Source of the DNA: Eledone cirrhosa | Lineage: Eukaryota | DNA: 64,000 bases | Reading direction: 5' to 3' | NCBI GenBank assembly: GCA_964016885.1 | Contig: OZ024741.1 | Coordinates: forward strand, 199,578,001-199,642,000 | Part shown: positions 1 to 13,900 of the stretch, piece by piece | Layout: the number at the start of each line of letters is the position of its first letter | Numbering within the stretch: the first letter of the stretch is position 1 | Notes under the pieces: model-generated | What the model was told of the DNA's origin: nothing | Database searches by the model: none | What the model saw: only the letters and a program-made list of their open reading frames with translations | Translations under genes and position numbers: made by a program

Positions 1-44
1 TGGCAATATTATAACAATATCACCCTCCCCAAGTATAACAATAT
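1..44 (+). mobile_element. 3' terminus of a PLE family A copy, cut by the window edge
   Basis: TGGCAATATT...ACCCTCCCCAAGTATAACAATAT then (TA)n matches the family A terminus at 21360-21403. Confidence 0.7.
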
Positions 45-94
45 ATATATATTTACACACATATATATATATGGGGTGTATATGTGTATATATA

Positions 95-250
95 TTTCAA
101 TCTTTTCTATATTTCATCTGCCTGTCACCCAACTTGTGGATTGTCTCTCTGTTGACCACTGGTCACTGGTCTCTGTCCTCTGGGACATTTTTGCCCATCA
201 CTGTCTTTGACAGCATGTTTTAATGGCTGTTCTAGTAATGAGTATTCTCA
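95..250 (-). repeat. Dispersed non-coding repeat fragment (copies at 9195-9360 and 11335-11705)
   Basis: Reverse complement closely matches 9195-9360 and 11335-11490; flanked by (TA)n. Confidence 0.7.
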
Positions 251-636
251 TATATATACACATATAGTAGAATAATCGAGAATCGGAATATCAGCCCACG
301 AAATCACGATAAACAATATCCGACATGTGTGGCAGAGGGCTCAATAATTTGGATAAATCAGAGCTATAACTATCGTTAAAATACCAACACATAGAGATCA
401 TGTCTAAAATCACCCGTGCAGCCAAAAAAGAACGACCAGGAAGATTCGGGTCACTCAAATAAAATATCAATAAATTAATAAATTAAATGAATGTAAAAAA
501 ACTCACCCGGACCCGCTAGAAAGATGTTAAATCTAGCTTCTTGGGTTTCTGCAATTCCATATATATATATATATGGGGGTATATATGTATTTATGTATAA
601 TTTCAATTTCAATATTGTAATAATTTTCTTTTGCAG

Positions 637-756
637 AAAGTCATCTCTTCATTTTCATACTCAGAAGTTGCTCATTCCAGTCCTTCTTTGACCAGCATAA
701 TGATTGTTATTGGACATGTTGCCAAAGGGTCCAAATATATGTTTAATACTAATCAG
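637..756 (+). CDS. Internal coding exon, FERM F3 lobe of a probable MyTH4-FERM myosin (class VII/XXII-like)
   Basis: Polypyrimidine tract + TTGCAG acceptor, CAG|GTAAAA donor, 120 bp phase 0. KVISSFSYSEVAHSSPSLTSIMIVIGHVAKGSKYMFNTNQ resembles the myosin VII tail motif (IGNLVRGSK). Confidence 0.7.
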
Positions 757-1950
757 GTAAAAAACTCAACTTTGACCTCTTTTATTTATTTTTTTTTTTT
801 TTCTGGCTTTCACTCCTTGAAATGTGACCATGCTTCTAGAGTTTTATTCAATTATATCAACCCCAGAACTTATTTATATCACTGTCTAGTCAGTGAGAGA
901 AAGAGCAGCAACACCCACAACCACTTTTAGGGTGTCAAGGACTAGTTGAAAGGAGTGAGAAAGGTATCCTTAAACTGAAGACCTGGTCCAAATGGTTACA
1001 ACAGAGTGAACTCCATTAAAAGTATATATGGGCTAGTTGGTAGTGTTAAACTGGGTGACAGATTAAGTCTACCACCCAAGAACCAGGTGATAATATCAAA
1101 CTGGGTGGCAAATTAATTCTATGACCCAAGTAAAATGGAATGGGGTTTGAACAAATACCATAAGGCATTACGTTTGCTGCTCTAACAATTCCATTAATCC
1201 ACCATCCTAGACTGGTACTTTAAATTTAGCAATCTCAAAAGGATTAAAGGTAAAGATAGCTCTGGACAGATTTGAACTTAGAACACAGAAAGCCAGATCA
1301 AATACTGTATGGCATTTTCTTATATTCCCTAACAACTCTGCCAGTTTGCCACCTCATATAGTGTACATGTTTATCTCAATTACTTTATCAGCATATGTGA
1401 AACCAATACTAAGCCCTAAATGTTGCTGCTTATTCTATCAACACAAATCCATGTATCAAACTTGATTTTCATTTATTAAAATGTTTTTGATATAAATCAC
1501 TCCTGAAGTTAGATCATCTATCTGAGGTTATCAGTGAGGTGACGTTATGTTATGAGTGAGGTGTGTGTGGGTGTGTGTTAAAATAAGATAATACATAAAA
1601 ACATGAGGTAGTGCAGTAAAAATTGCATTTATTTAACTTCAAAATAATCATGGAACTAATCACAGTTGATGAAGTAAACAAGAAAGTTCACTGGAATAAA
1701 TGTTCAACTGTTACAGTTTATGTTGGAGTAGCATGTTATAATTGTGTACGTGTTGTGCAGAAAGTTCACAGAAGTCAATGTTCAAAAGCCTCTCTAGCTT
1801 TATGTACGCATGACATGTAGTAGACTATTTTTATTGAGTATCAATTGAAGATGGTTGCTTCTGACAGGGTGCTGGAAGGCATGCCTGAGGACTCTTCTCC
1901 CATGACCCTTCCAGAAATAGGTGGGAGAAGGAGGAGAAGAAGAAAGAAAT

Positions 1951-2135
1951 AATTGTTTCTACTTTAGGCACAAGGCCAGCAATTACCCAGTGCATTACTG
2001 GTACTTTATTTTATCGACCCCGTAAGGATGAAAGGCAAAGTTAACCTCGGCAGGATTTGAACTCAGATCGTAAAGGGACGTAACTATGCTGGAAAGCATG
2101 GCGTCCAACCCTCTACCGATACTGCCAACCCACCG
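1951..2135 (-). mobile_element. tRNA-derived SINE with Deu/Nin-like central domain
   Basis: Minus strand A box TGGCAGTATCGG, B box GAGTTCAAATCC, core GCCTTTCATCCTTACGGGGTCGATAAAAT; 18-bp target duplication GAAGAAGAAAGAAATAAT (1936-1953 / 2135-2152). Confidence 0.85.
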
Positions 2136-2939
2136 AAGAAGAAAGAAATAATAATTATTATTTGGCAGATTTATTTAACAGTCTGAGATCAAGGTCATGT
2201 ATCAAATTAGCAGTAAACTTGTTGACTACTGAAGATGAATTTCTTCTTCTCCTCCTCCTCCTCCTCCTCCTCCTCTTCGCCCACTTATTCCTGAGAGGGT
2301 CAGGGGGGGAAAAGTCCTCAAACACTCCTTCCAGCAGGTCTTGTCAGAAGCAACCGTCTCCAACTGATCTAGTTGGATCCCCAAGTGAGACCAGCCAAGC
2401 TCATGGATGTTATCCAACCATCTTGCTCAGGGTCTACCGCTGGGTCTCCTGCCAGCAATTCTAACCACATACCTATAGTATTAGAGCTGAGAAATTGGAT
2501 GAAACTCATGTTCTCTTAATGTTGATTGAATTGGAGTTTATATGGTAGTTGGATTTGACAGCTAAGGAACCAAGTTGTCGATGAGTTAGGAATCCATGTC
2601 TGTGATGGAGTGAATTATCATCAGAAATTCGGCTGCAGTCTAAATCTACTGTAAATCTAGGTTTGAGAAGCAAATAACAAAACTGAAAGATGATAACTAA
2701 TGCGTGAAACATTTGCAGGTGAATCTAAAGTTAAGGTTTCACATCTCAAGAGAAACCTGTTACTCCCCTTAACACTCCTGTATATGTGTGCTCATGTGTA
2801 TCTTTAGTTATAAGACATTACATACTCTTTTTTTAACATTTATTCATCTATCTATTAAAATCTTTGCTATTGAATACTTTAGTTTTAATTATTCTTGATT
2901 GTTTCCATTTTCTATCTTCTGTTTTGTATTTTTTTATAG

Positions 2940-3083
2940 GCAACTCAAATTTCTCAGTTGATCAAGGATTATGTTGAAGAATTACGTTATCGATCTGTCT
3001 CAATGCAAGCCAGTTGCCATAACCCTGAAATTAGTAGTGGTGATGTAAGAGAGTCAAGCAGGAATTACCACGATACAGGCTAG
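2940..3083 (+). CDS. Probable last coding exon of the same gene
   Basis: Long pyrimidine tract + TATAG acceptor, phase 0, joins in frame with exon 637-756: ATQISQLIKDYVEELR...HDTG*, the typical last FERM helix (QAxxIxxLIxDY). Possible alternative donor GTAAGA at 3045. Confidence 0.65.
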   Translation, partial: ATQISQLIKDYVEELRYRSVSMQASCHNPEISSGDVRESSRNYHDTG

Positions 3084-6000
3084 CTAGCATTTTACACCAT
3101 AAAGCTTGTTCGTGCATGATCCCTATTAAAACAAACTCTAAACTACACAAGTCACAACTGAATTCCAACAAAACAAAGTTATAACAAACTTATACTTAGT
3201 TATAACAAACTTATACTAATTCCATCTTCTTTCATTTTTCTATTCCCCCATCCACCAACTATGACCCTATGAAGATTACGTGGGGGAAATCTGTTGCAAC
3301 TGTTTTATAATAGTGGTGCATTCAAAGCTACTGAGCTTTACATGAGGAAGATTTTCCTCATTCCCTAGCCGTTAACTCTTTGGGAACAACTTTTTTTGTT
3401 TGATTGGTTTTTTTTTGGGGTTCTTTTTTTTTTTGTGGGGTTTATTATTATTGTTGTTGTTATTATTATTATTATTATCATCATTATTATTATTATTACT
3501 ACTACTACTATTATTATTATTATTATTATTATTATTGTCCTTTCCTCCCAGTAAATGAATCTTATAGAAAGCTATTCATTTCTTAAAGCTCTCTCTGAGT
3601 TGCAATTTTGTTGTATTTATATATATATATAAAAAAAAAGAAAAGATGTGATTTAAATGCTGAAATATATTAAAAATTAGTACGTTATTAATTTTTAATT
3701 GCTTCTGTTTATCAAAGCTATATCTTTAAATTCTGTCAATTGAGCAATGAAATTTCTCTTTTTTTCCTCCCTCTGTAAAAATGCATTCAGTACTGAGTCC
3801 TACATTTTTTATATATTTGTTTCATTTCATTCGATTTTTACTCAATACAAGCTTCCATATTATGTTACTCTCTTCATTTGATCCGCTTTTCTTGTGATGA
3901 TGTAGGATATTATTTTTTAACCCAAATTCAGATCAATTGATAGTTTGTGCATGAAGAGAAGTGGGGGGTAAACACAACTGAAATATGTAGAAACACATTC
4001 TTTCATATATGCCTGACAGTGACCATCATAAATTTTGTTCATCAACAACATTACAATATATATGTGTGTATGTGTGTGTATACATACATACATGTGTATG
4101 TGTATATACACATTTGTATGTATATCATTATGTGTTACATATATAACCTGTGCTCTGAAGTTTAATTCTTAAAAATTAAGACACCTGGTAAGAATTTTCC
4201 TAGTTCTGAATACTTGGTTCAAGAAAAGGTATTTTTTCTCTTAAAAAATAAAGTGAATTCTATAAGTGTTTGATTTAAGCAAGTTTAACTAAATTTTGAT
4301 GCCTGTGTATACAGATTCTTTTATAAAGGATTTTTTTTTAAATTTCTTTTCAATTTTATTGGAAAATTACCGTTTTTATTTCATTTGGAATCTTATATAT
4401 ATGTATTATATCTATGTCTACTCTAATTTTAATGAAAATATTTATGACTGCGTGTGTATGTGTGTTTGAATGAGTATTGAATAGGGCTTTTGAACCAACT
4501 AAGTATAACATCATTATGTATGTTTGTGTATATGTACAGAAAGAATGTTTTTGTTGATGCTAGTGTAGGGGATGGTATGACTGTATAAATGTGTTGATAA
4601 TGTAGCAGTAAGGTAGTAATTTTTATTTAGTTACATGTGTATTTCCTTTTGGGGGATATTTGTTTTTAATCAGCTTTGTTTGCGTAACAGTGCTGCTGTT
4701 ATACTACTATCAAACAAATATCACAGTACTATTGCATACATACAGTTGCACACACACAAACACTGAGGCACACACATACACATGTATATGTACACACACA
4801 TACACACATACATTTGTCAAAATACACTTAAACTCAAACTGATATAATCTATGATTTTTATTTTTTCTCAATTTTAATTTTGTAAAAATTGTTTTGATTG
4901 TTTTTCTTTATTTTTGATTATCACTTCTTTATAATTTATTTTAAAATTATACCTTGAAATAAAAGGTATCATGGATTATATTAGTAAGCATAGGTGCTCT
5001 TAGAACTGTGTTGCAACTCTTCCATGTTGCTAGTTGCAAAACCAGTGAACAAAAAATGGAGAAAAGAAAATCAAAACATTTTAAAACTTATTCAGAAAAA
5101 AAAGAGTATTTTCAGAGGTATATCTTGTTTTTAGACTGTTCCAACCTCAATATGTATAAAGTTAATCCTTTCTCAACTTTCTATGTTCTATATGGCCAGA
5201 GCTCAACTCTTGTTTCCTTAGCCTTAAGCAAATTTGATACAAATCTTCTACTGGATACGAATCTGTTCTATTGCATAAAACTTTAAAAAAAAACTCTGGT
5301 GCCTATACTCCACAGCTTGAAAATGAGAGGCAATGTAGGGTTAAATATCCTATCCAGTAACACAACGAAACACCTGCAGTGGGTTTGAACTCCTGAACCC
5401 TGAGCCGACTGTCCAATAAAATATATTTATTCAGCCATTTCTTTTCTATATTTGACATGGTTGACTTGTGCTTTGTCCCAGAGTAGATTTGTCTTTCATT
5501 TGCTTAATACTATAGAAACTACAATGAAGTCAAAGCTTTATAAACCCCTGCAGTTTGAGAAAGGATTGACTTAACTTAATATGTATATGTAATATTTAAA
5601 ACTTGTTTCCAATCAGTTGATTAAATTCATTATAAACTTCTTCAATCTACATGCCCGTTTTTTTTAATTATAATTTGGAAAATATTAATTATTGTGTTTG
5701 TAAAGTGACACTGATTGGGTGAGTGATTAATTGCATCATTAATTCAACATTCTGCTGATGAAAACAGGATGATGGAACATTAGTGTTGTTGATGATCAGA
5801 GTGTGTGAATGGCAATGTCACTGATGCTGGTGATAATTTTCTGTTTTTCAATATGCAACTCATTGGTATTGCCAAGACGCTAGTGAGATCACATATCCGA
5901 TGTCACTGGATTCTTCTGAGATTAATGATGCCACCAAGACACAAATATTTTTGTGACCTGAAGCAATAGAGGCTCTTACCAGCAGGGCCCCAAATTACAT

Positions 6001-6189
6001 TCTCTGTCTTATTTTACTTTTCTCAAAAACACCTGATCATTTAGATGTGTTTTCATCTGGAAACCACTGGTAGTGCAGAGTTAAGTCGCACTGTTAATAT
6101 AAATAAATATATAAATATGAATAAATATATGTGTGCTTGTGTGTGTGTGTGTATATGTGTATGTGTATATGTGTATATATATATATATA

Positions 6190-7332
6190 CAGTAGCCAGT
6201 AATTTCACTCCCAGTATTTTGCCTCCAGTAAGTTGGCCCCTGGTAATTTGACTGTCAGTCAATTTCACTCCTGATATTAGAAAAAAATAAAACATTTAAA
6301 TTCATCATTATCATTTATTATTAGTTCAAGATATAAAACTAATACAGTATTTGTAATATAAACAAGTAAATATACAGTAACTATATGAAAAGGAAAACAA
6401 ATATTTCTAAAGCCATGTTAACCTCCTTTATTAATCCAGTGCATGAATGTAATCATATCAGTCAAAAATATGAATTAAAGTTTAACTATAATAAAGATAA
6501 AATAGAAAGTACAGTAAAACATAAAAATATTACTAAAAGCTTCAATAATAATAAAGGTTATGAGCTATTGCTCATTAAAAATCTTTTCGGGACTATATCG
6601 CTCAATAATTATCTGCAGCTGTTTGTTTATATCTTTATACTTTTATTTGGTCTAACAGATCTCACTTTGATCAAATTCATATATGTAATTCACGTCATCC
6701 ACAAGTGTCTTCCTTCTGCGGATACTGTTAAAAAGATGAGACATGGTGTATATATATTTCCTTTTTAAGTAAGGAATGAGGCAGAGATGGATCACGGATA
6801 AACCTGTAAACCCTTTAAATAAAACACCCGAATGGATGACGGAAATGATACTTTCAGTTAACTTAATTACTCTGTAAATAAACAACCGAATGGATGACTA
6901 AAATGATACTTTCAGTTAACTAGATTACTCTGTAAATCATCATCAACAACAACAATAATAATTGTTTCTACTTTAGGCACAAGGCCAGCAATTAACCAGT
7001 GCATTACTGGTACATTATTTTATCGACCCCGTAAGGATGAAAGGCAAAGTCAACCTCGGCGGGATTTGAACTCAGATCGTAAAGGGACGTAACTATGCTG
7101 GAAAGCATGGCATCCGACCCTCTACCGATACTGCCAATTCACCAACAACAATAATAATAATAATAGTTTCTGTTTGAAACACAAAGCCAGCAATTTTGAA
7201 GGTGGGAATGTCGATTAAATCGACCACAGTAGAAAGGAAATATACATACACCATTCCTCATGTTTTTAACAGTATCCACAGAAAGAGCCAAATTACTGGA
7301 GTCAAAAACCGGGAGTGAAATTACCTAGAACT
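6190..7332. mobile_element. MITE / non-autonomous DNA transposon with ~50-bp imperfect TIRs, carrying a nested SINE
   Basis: GTAATTTCACTCCCAGTATTTTGCCTCCAGTAAGTTGGC (~6199-6237) pairs with GCCAAATTACTGGAGTCAAAAACCGGGAGTGAAATTAC (~7287-7324); TA flanks. Confidence 0.6.
6960..7143 (-). mobile_element. Deu/Nin-like SINE copy
   Basis: Near-identical to 1951-2135; CAACAACAATAATAAT-type flanking duplication. Confidence 0.85.
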
Positions 7333-7417
7333 ATATATATATATGACAGGGTTGCTCTGTTCTTTGTGGACACATCTTTTTTATAACTTCTTCTGATTAT
7401 CATTTCTTTTCAGGTAA

Positions 7418-8300
7418 ATGATGACAGACATTAAACTAATTCAGCAAATTAAAAGGCATGTTGTAATTATCGCCTTAAATCACAGTGATTTAGAGATTGC
7501 TCACTTTCTGAAAGTTACATGGTTGTTTGTTGTCAAAATTTGCAGCAGTCTAGTCTACAGCAGAAACCAAAAGTAAAACACCTGCAAAGGATTCTAATAC
7601 CATCAAATTCATATGAAAAGTGCAGAAAATTATTGATAAGAACCCCAGAAAGTCAATTAGTGCCATTGCTAAGGAGCTCATGGTTTCAAGGCACACTATT
7701 GGATGTGTCATAAGTGATGCAGAGAGACCAATTTGTGTCTGCAAAGACCAAAGATAACCAGCTGATCTGCACAAATTCAGCAAAGGAATATTAGATGGTT
7801 ATGCAGAGACACTAAAGATGTTCCAGCAGTCATACAACAAAGTTTCCCCGCAACTGTGATGGTTCTGAGAGTTATGAGCAACGAGGAAGATGTCATGCCT
7901 CCTTACACCTTTCCTCATGTCTTAAGGGTCAAAGCTACCAATTATAAGGAGGTGTTTGAGAAGGTTGTGGGGCCTTGGATAGTGAGCAAAGAAAAACTGT
8001 ACATCTACAAACAAGATTTGGTGCTGTGTCATAAGGCCAAGACAACAAGACAACCTAAGTTACGATTTCCACAATCATGTCACCCCAAACATATGGCCTC
8101 CTGGTTCACCTAATCTGAAGCGATTAGACTATTTTGTATGGGTTGTAGTTGAGAGGGAAGTCAGTCAATGCCCCTATAATGCTATTAAACCTCTGAAGTC
8201 TACCATGACTAGCACAATGTTCAAAATAGATGATCATTTGATTTGGGCATATCAACGTTTCAGATTTCATATTGAAGCAGTCATCGATGCTCAAATAAAA
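7418..8300 (+). pseudogene. Degraded Tc1/mariner-superfamily (maT/DD37D-like) transposase
   Basis: VMVLRVMSNEEDVMPPYTFPHVLRV...VVGPWI...YIYKQD...HKAKTT, then frameshifted WPPGSPNLKRLDYFVW (WPxxSPDLNPLD motif); multiple stops and frameshifts. Confidence 0.7.
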
Positions 8301-9426
8301 CTCTTCTGTCATGACTTATGCATCTTTTACTAAATGCATGCAAATGTCCTCAAAGAACTGAGCAACCTTGTATTTATATATGTATGTGTATATATGTGAT
8401 TGCTCTTTCATACAGCCACTCCTCATTGGAATGGTGGATTTGTAAATGTGGGAACACTTAATTAATTAAGCTTATAACACTTCCCACAACAGTACAAAAT
8501 GATGAAGGATCAAAACATCCTTCACTATGAAGGGATTCCTTTTCTATAAATTTACATGGCTGAGAAGTGCTTTTCTGTGACTCCGAGTCTTCCCCTCCCT
8601 TCCTGCCTCTGTTATTTGAACTGAAGAAATCCGACCCCCACTCCGTTTTTGGAAAAGAAGGCAATTCAATCATGTCAGAAGTCAGATTAGTTGAAAACAC
8701 ATAAAAAAACCCTTGGTAAAAAAATTTCTTCATGATCCCTGGGTGGTTTTATTTAAATTTAAATGGCTGAGAAGTACTTATCTGTAACTTTGAGTGTCTC
8801 CTCTTACACCCTGCCTCCATTTTCAGAAAAAGGTGTTGTTGGATAGTGAGTCGGATGCCAGATGGTTTGAAAAAAACCTAGAGAAGAAAAAATTCCCACA
8901 GAAGAAATCTCTGAGGCTGGAAAAATTCGAGCCCCCCCCCCCCCCCTCCACCATTCCATTTTCAGAGCAAAAGTCAATTGTGAGCATGTTCGAGATCATG
9001 GATAACCTTAATTATTACTAATTTTATTTAGTAATTTTACCAGTCATTGTACAAACTTCCTTTTTATAAGTATTATAAATATATATATACGTATGTGTGT
9101 GTGTGTTGGCTGGAACATGTAATAGAGTTAATTTAAAACAATGTTGTCTCTGATCGTGACGATGTGAAAGTGTATTTGATTGAATACATATAAAAATGAG
9201 AAAACTCATCACTAGAACAGCCATTAAAACAGCTAAATAATGTCAAAGACAACAATAGACAAAAATGCCTCAGAGGACAGATACCAGTGACCAGTGGTCA
9301 ACAGAGAGACAATCCACAAGGTGGGTGACGGGCAGATGAAATATAGAAAAGATTGAAATATATATATACTCATTAAAAACAGCAGAAGACCAGACTGTAA
9401 CTACATATATATATATATATATATAA

Positions 9427-10110
9427 CAAATAAAGCAATGGAGTAAAGGACTTGTGTTGTTCCCTGTAATATAATGAGCTCAAAGAAAATTTTCCGGGCT
9501 CTTCAAAATATATAGGAGAGAATACATGAAAAGAACATGCTTTTTCATTACAGGGTATTTTTACCATCAGAGTGAAAGACATATAAACTGTATAAGGTAC
9601 AAGAAAAACATTATAATCAAACAGATTAATAAATCTAAAAGAGTACCTCAATAACTATTACACCTGTACAGTCCATATTAGGTTTGTTTCGCTAATTCGC
9701 AGCAATGATCACATTATCCATAGTTCATCAGCAGGTGTTTCAAATTATGTGGCTTGCACGTCTAATGTTAAATTAGAAACTAGTCTTCAGCATATGGTAA
9801 GAGAAATATGTGCTTATAACTGTATCTGATGGTCTGAATGGTGGAGTAAAACTGCTAGAAAGTGCGACGTATCACCATTCAAGTTAAATTGTCCTCGACC
9901 AACGAGGTGTGGGGAGCTAAAATATCAAATAAAGCAATGGAGTGGTAAAAAGAGCATGTTCTTTTCATGTATCTCTCCTGTATATTTTGAAGAGCCTGGA
10001 AAATTTTCCTTGAGCACATTATATTACAGGGAACAATGCGAGTCCTTTACCTCGTTGCTTTATTTGATGTTTTAGCTCCCCACACCTTGTTGGTTGAGCA
10101 CAATTTAACT
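9427..10110 (-). mobile_element. Non-coding ~499-nt hammerhead-bearing unit with an inverted junction copy (retrozyme-like)
   Basis: AAATAAAGCAATGGAGT at 9428 and 9927; 9948-10110 is an inverted copy spanning the end-to-start junction; relative at ~32525-33040. Confidence 0.6.
9661..9737 (-). ncRNA. Type I hammerhead ribozyme (partly degenerate)
   Basis: cacctg-CTGATGA-stem II (cta/tag)-GAAA-ca...tg-TA-caggtg; 6-bp stem I, GUA triplet. Confidence 0.65.
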
Positions 10111-10277
10111 TATTTTTCTCTTTGCTGTCATCCCATTCTTATCAACCCTCCACCACCACCAGACACACCTAAATTCATCTTTTATATAGAAAATTGTTGA
10201 AGATATTCTTTATAAATTTAAGAAAGTTGATTCAGCTATAAGAAACGAATTTGAAAAAACATCCTGCCATTATATTC

Positions 10278-10460
10278 TTGGCAGTATCGGTAGAGGTTCG
10301 GACGCCATGCTTTGACGCATAGAGTTACGGCCCTTGCCATTCTGAGTTCAAATCCCGCCGAGGTTAACTTTGCCTTTCATCCTTACGGGGTCGATAAAAT
10401 AAAGTACCAGTAATGTACTGGGTAATTTTCTGGCCTTGTGCCAATAGTAGAAACAATTAT
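10278..10460 (+). mobile_element. Deu/Nin-like SINE copy
   Basis: Same A/B boxes and core as 1951-2135. Confidence 0.85.
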
Positions 10461-11160
10461 ATTCATCAAAGGTCATTTATTGAAATGAAACCAGCAGGAG
10501 GGCACCTTTACAGCCCCTTTCTTAAACACTCTAACACTAAAACCACTCCCAATCAATTATCTTGCTGTTACCATTCACTATTTTCTGTGTGTATATGTGT
10601 ATATATATATATGTTTGTGTGTGTATATACTTTAATTCCTTTAAATCTTCATCAATACTCCTTCACTCCCACACTCATTAACACCCCCCCCCCCTTCGAC
10701 ACATCCAAATCTCTCATATATGGAGTCACACATCACAACACAACCTGATCTCAATCACCACCTACGAATGCGAGAAAGTTCTCCAGGTAAGTTAACCAGG
10801 AATCTTTAAAAATCTTCCCACCGAAGTTAACAAAGAACTTACTAGATCTACCAACTCATAATATTATAATATAAAATTAAATCAAATTGTTTAAAACTAC
10901 AAGTGAAGTCATTCTTTTCTTTTTTTCAAATATACCTAACTGTACCAAGGATTTCACACATTTTCCTATATATATATATAGGAGAATGTATGACCCCGAC
11001 GGCAGAGCTCAAGCCGTTTCGACGGCTATTTCTGGACTCCGTCGGGGTCATACATTTTCCTATTACCCACTCTACTACCCTAAGTATTGAGTACTCTGGT
11101 GCATTATGGTCCATCTGGTTCCTTACCACAACTCCTTCATTATATATATATATATATACA

Positions 11161-11295
11161 TAGTTACGTCCCTTTACGTCTGAGTTCAAATCCCGCCGAG
11201 GTTGACTTTGCCTTTCATCCTTACGGGGTCGATAAAATAAAGTACCAGTAATGCACTGGGTAATTGCTGGCCTTGTGCCTAAAGTAGAAACAATT
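11161..11295 (+). mobile_element. 5'-truncated Deu/Nin-like SINE copy
   Basis: B box and core present. Confidence 0.8.
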
Positions 11296-11717
11296 ATATA
11301 TATATATATACATATATAATAAGGGAAGAATTTATTATGAGAAAACTCCTCGCTAGAAGAGCCATTAAAACTTGCTGTCAAAGACAGCAATGGGTAAAAA
11401 TGCCTCAGAGGACAGAAACCAGCAGCTAGTGGTCAACAGAGAGACATTCCACAAGGTGGTGACAGGCAGATGAATTATAGAAAAGATTAAAAGAGGAGGA
11501 CAAGAAGTGCACTGGCACACACAAGTGGCTGGAAGAAGGAAATAAAGAAAGGCAATGTACAAGTTTACACACACATTTTCACCCTCATCAGCTCTCAAAC
11601 CAGCAAAATGGTTTCACATAATAGAATTGAGAGTACCATTTTAAAAAGTGTTAGTGCACTTCTTGTCTTCCTCCTCTTTTCTATATTTCATCTGCCTGTC
11701 ACCCATATATTTGTGTG

Positions 11718-11751
<34 letters not shown>

Positions 11752-12029
11752 TATAACCAAATGAAAAGATATATGTATATATAGGGAAAGAACGCGCCAT
11801 ATATTGTACAAGAAACACGGTATATATACCAAACATATTCTATAGAAGAATATGTACACAGGTGGAATCATAAATGAGCCTTGGGTTTAACGTGATTTCA
11901 CCATGTGCTTCTGAGCACGACGGTCACGTTGGACTTAGCTGTGAATATTCACTGGTATATTGATTTATTTACCATTTTCATTTTATATTTCCCTTAGAAT
12001 GGTGAGACTAAACCTCCTCTTCCTTATCA

Positions 12030-12709
12030 CCTGTGTTTTTGTTGTTCTTTTCCCGGATAACTATCACTCTTAGTTGTCAACACACTGTGGTGAGATGTAC
12101 TTTCCTTAATGCGTTCAAAACATTGGTGGTCCACAGAAGACGGCCGATGAGCAGGAATTGCCCTCCCTTGTGTTTTAAGTTCAGCCAATTTGAATTAACT
12201 CTTTTCCTTCTTCCTTTCTCTCTCTTTCTCACTTTCTTATTCTCTTTCTCTCTTACCATCTATCGCCTTTCTCCCCCTCTCTCTCTATTCCCTACCCTAC
12301 TCTCACTTCCGTTTTCCTTCGTCTCTTCCTCTTTGCGCCTGTTCTCACTATGATCAGACGTTTCTTTTCTTCACTCTCCCTCGAGCTGTTAGTACGGGTT
12401 CAGGACTTACGTTCGGTCTCCGCATTAACTTCTCCCTCTCTTCCCCTGGTTACTACAGCTTATGTGTACTACTGTCTCGTGTTTCCCCTTCTCTATCAGT
12501 ATGTCTTTCTTTTTTTGTTGTTCTCTTCATTATCGTCTGTTTTTTGTTGTGTTTTTTTCCCGGATAACCATCCCTTTTAGTTATCAACGCACTGTGGTGA
12601 GATGAACTGTCTTTAATGCATTCGAAATATCAGTGATCCACAGAAGATAGCCGATGAGAGGGAATTGTCCTTGTGTTTATGTTTGTGTTTCTCTTACATT
12701 TTCTAAATA

Positions 12710-12742
<33 letters not shown>

Positions 12743-13630
12743 TACATATATATGTATATATATTCAGCGCTAAAACATCTGGATCGCAGATTTTTACAGC
12801 TGAGGAAGGATTCTTTCTTCTGTTCTCCTCTTGTTCCGTCCTAACCACCATCCTAAACATTTTTTTTTTAGTAACCACACAGCTCCTTTCGTTTCGTATC
12901 ATTATATATATATATGAATAAAAAAAAAGTGAGAACGGCACTGTGTGGTTACCAATAAATATTATTTAGAAAAGGTAAGAGAAACACAAACCCTTCCGCT
13001 CATCAGCTGTCTTCTGTAGATTACTGTTTCAAATGCATTAGACAGTACAATTTACCGCAGTGCATTAATAACTAAAATGGATAGCTATCCGGAGAAGAAA
13101 TACAATGGACGATAACAAAGAGAACGACAAAAAAAAAAAAAAAGGAAGAAAGAGACACACTGATAGAGAAAGGTAGTAACCGAGGGAAAAGGAAAGGGAA
13201 AGAGTTAACAATAGGGCGGAACATAAGTTCTTAAACCGTATCAACAAGACGCAGGAGAGAGAGAAAAAACGTCTGATCGTTATCAGGAAGAAGTAAAGGA
13301 AAACGGAAATGGGTAGGAGTGGAAAAGTAGTAAGAGAATAGTGAGAGAGAGGGGAGAAAGGAGTTGGATAGTAAGGGAGAAAGAGAAGAGTTAATACAAA
13401 GTGGAACTTAAGTTCTAAAACTGTATTAACAGCAACAAGCGAGAGAGAGAGAGAGAGAACGGAGATAGATAATAGGAGAGAGAAGGAATCGGAGGTCACA
13501 GCACTAAATTAATATGAATTAAAAAAGGGAGAACAGAGCTCTATGGTTACCAATAAATATTATTTAGAAAATTGAGAGAAACACAAACACAAGGACAATT
13601 CCCGCTCATCGGCTGACTTCTGTGGATCAA
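12030..13630. repeat. Cluster of related non-coding repeat units in direct and inverted orientation
   Basis: 12040-12170 resembles 12545-12680; 12945-13630 is an inverted relative with CT/GA-rich body. Confidence 0.6.
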
Positions 13631-13657
13631 TGTACACAAATATATATATATATATAA

Positions 13658-13900
13658 GAATAGTCCTGAGCTCACTCAGCAGCCTTTGGAAGGATAGAGC
13701 TCTTACAAAGTCCACTAGAAAGAAAGTAATCAAAACATTAGTGTGGCCAGTAGCTCTATATAATTGTGAGTCATGGACTTTAAAAGCGTCTAACTTGAAA
13801 CGACTGAGTGCATTTGAAATCTCATGCTATAGGCTTGCACTTAGAATTTGCTGGACAGCTCACAGAACAAATGAATCTGTCCTAGAAGAGATTAAGTATG
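13658..13900 (+). mobile_element. RTE-clade LINE ORF C-terminal fragment
   Basis: LWKDRALTKSTRKKVIKTLVWPVALYNCESWTL...LSAFEISCYRLALRICWTAHRTNESVL. Confidence 0.75.
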
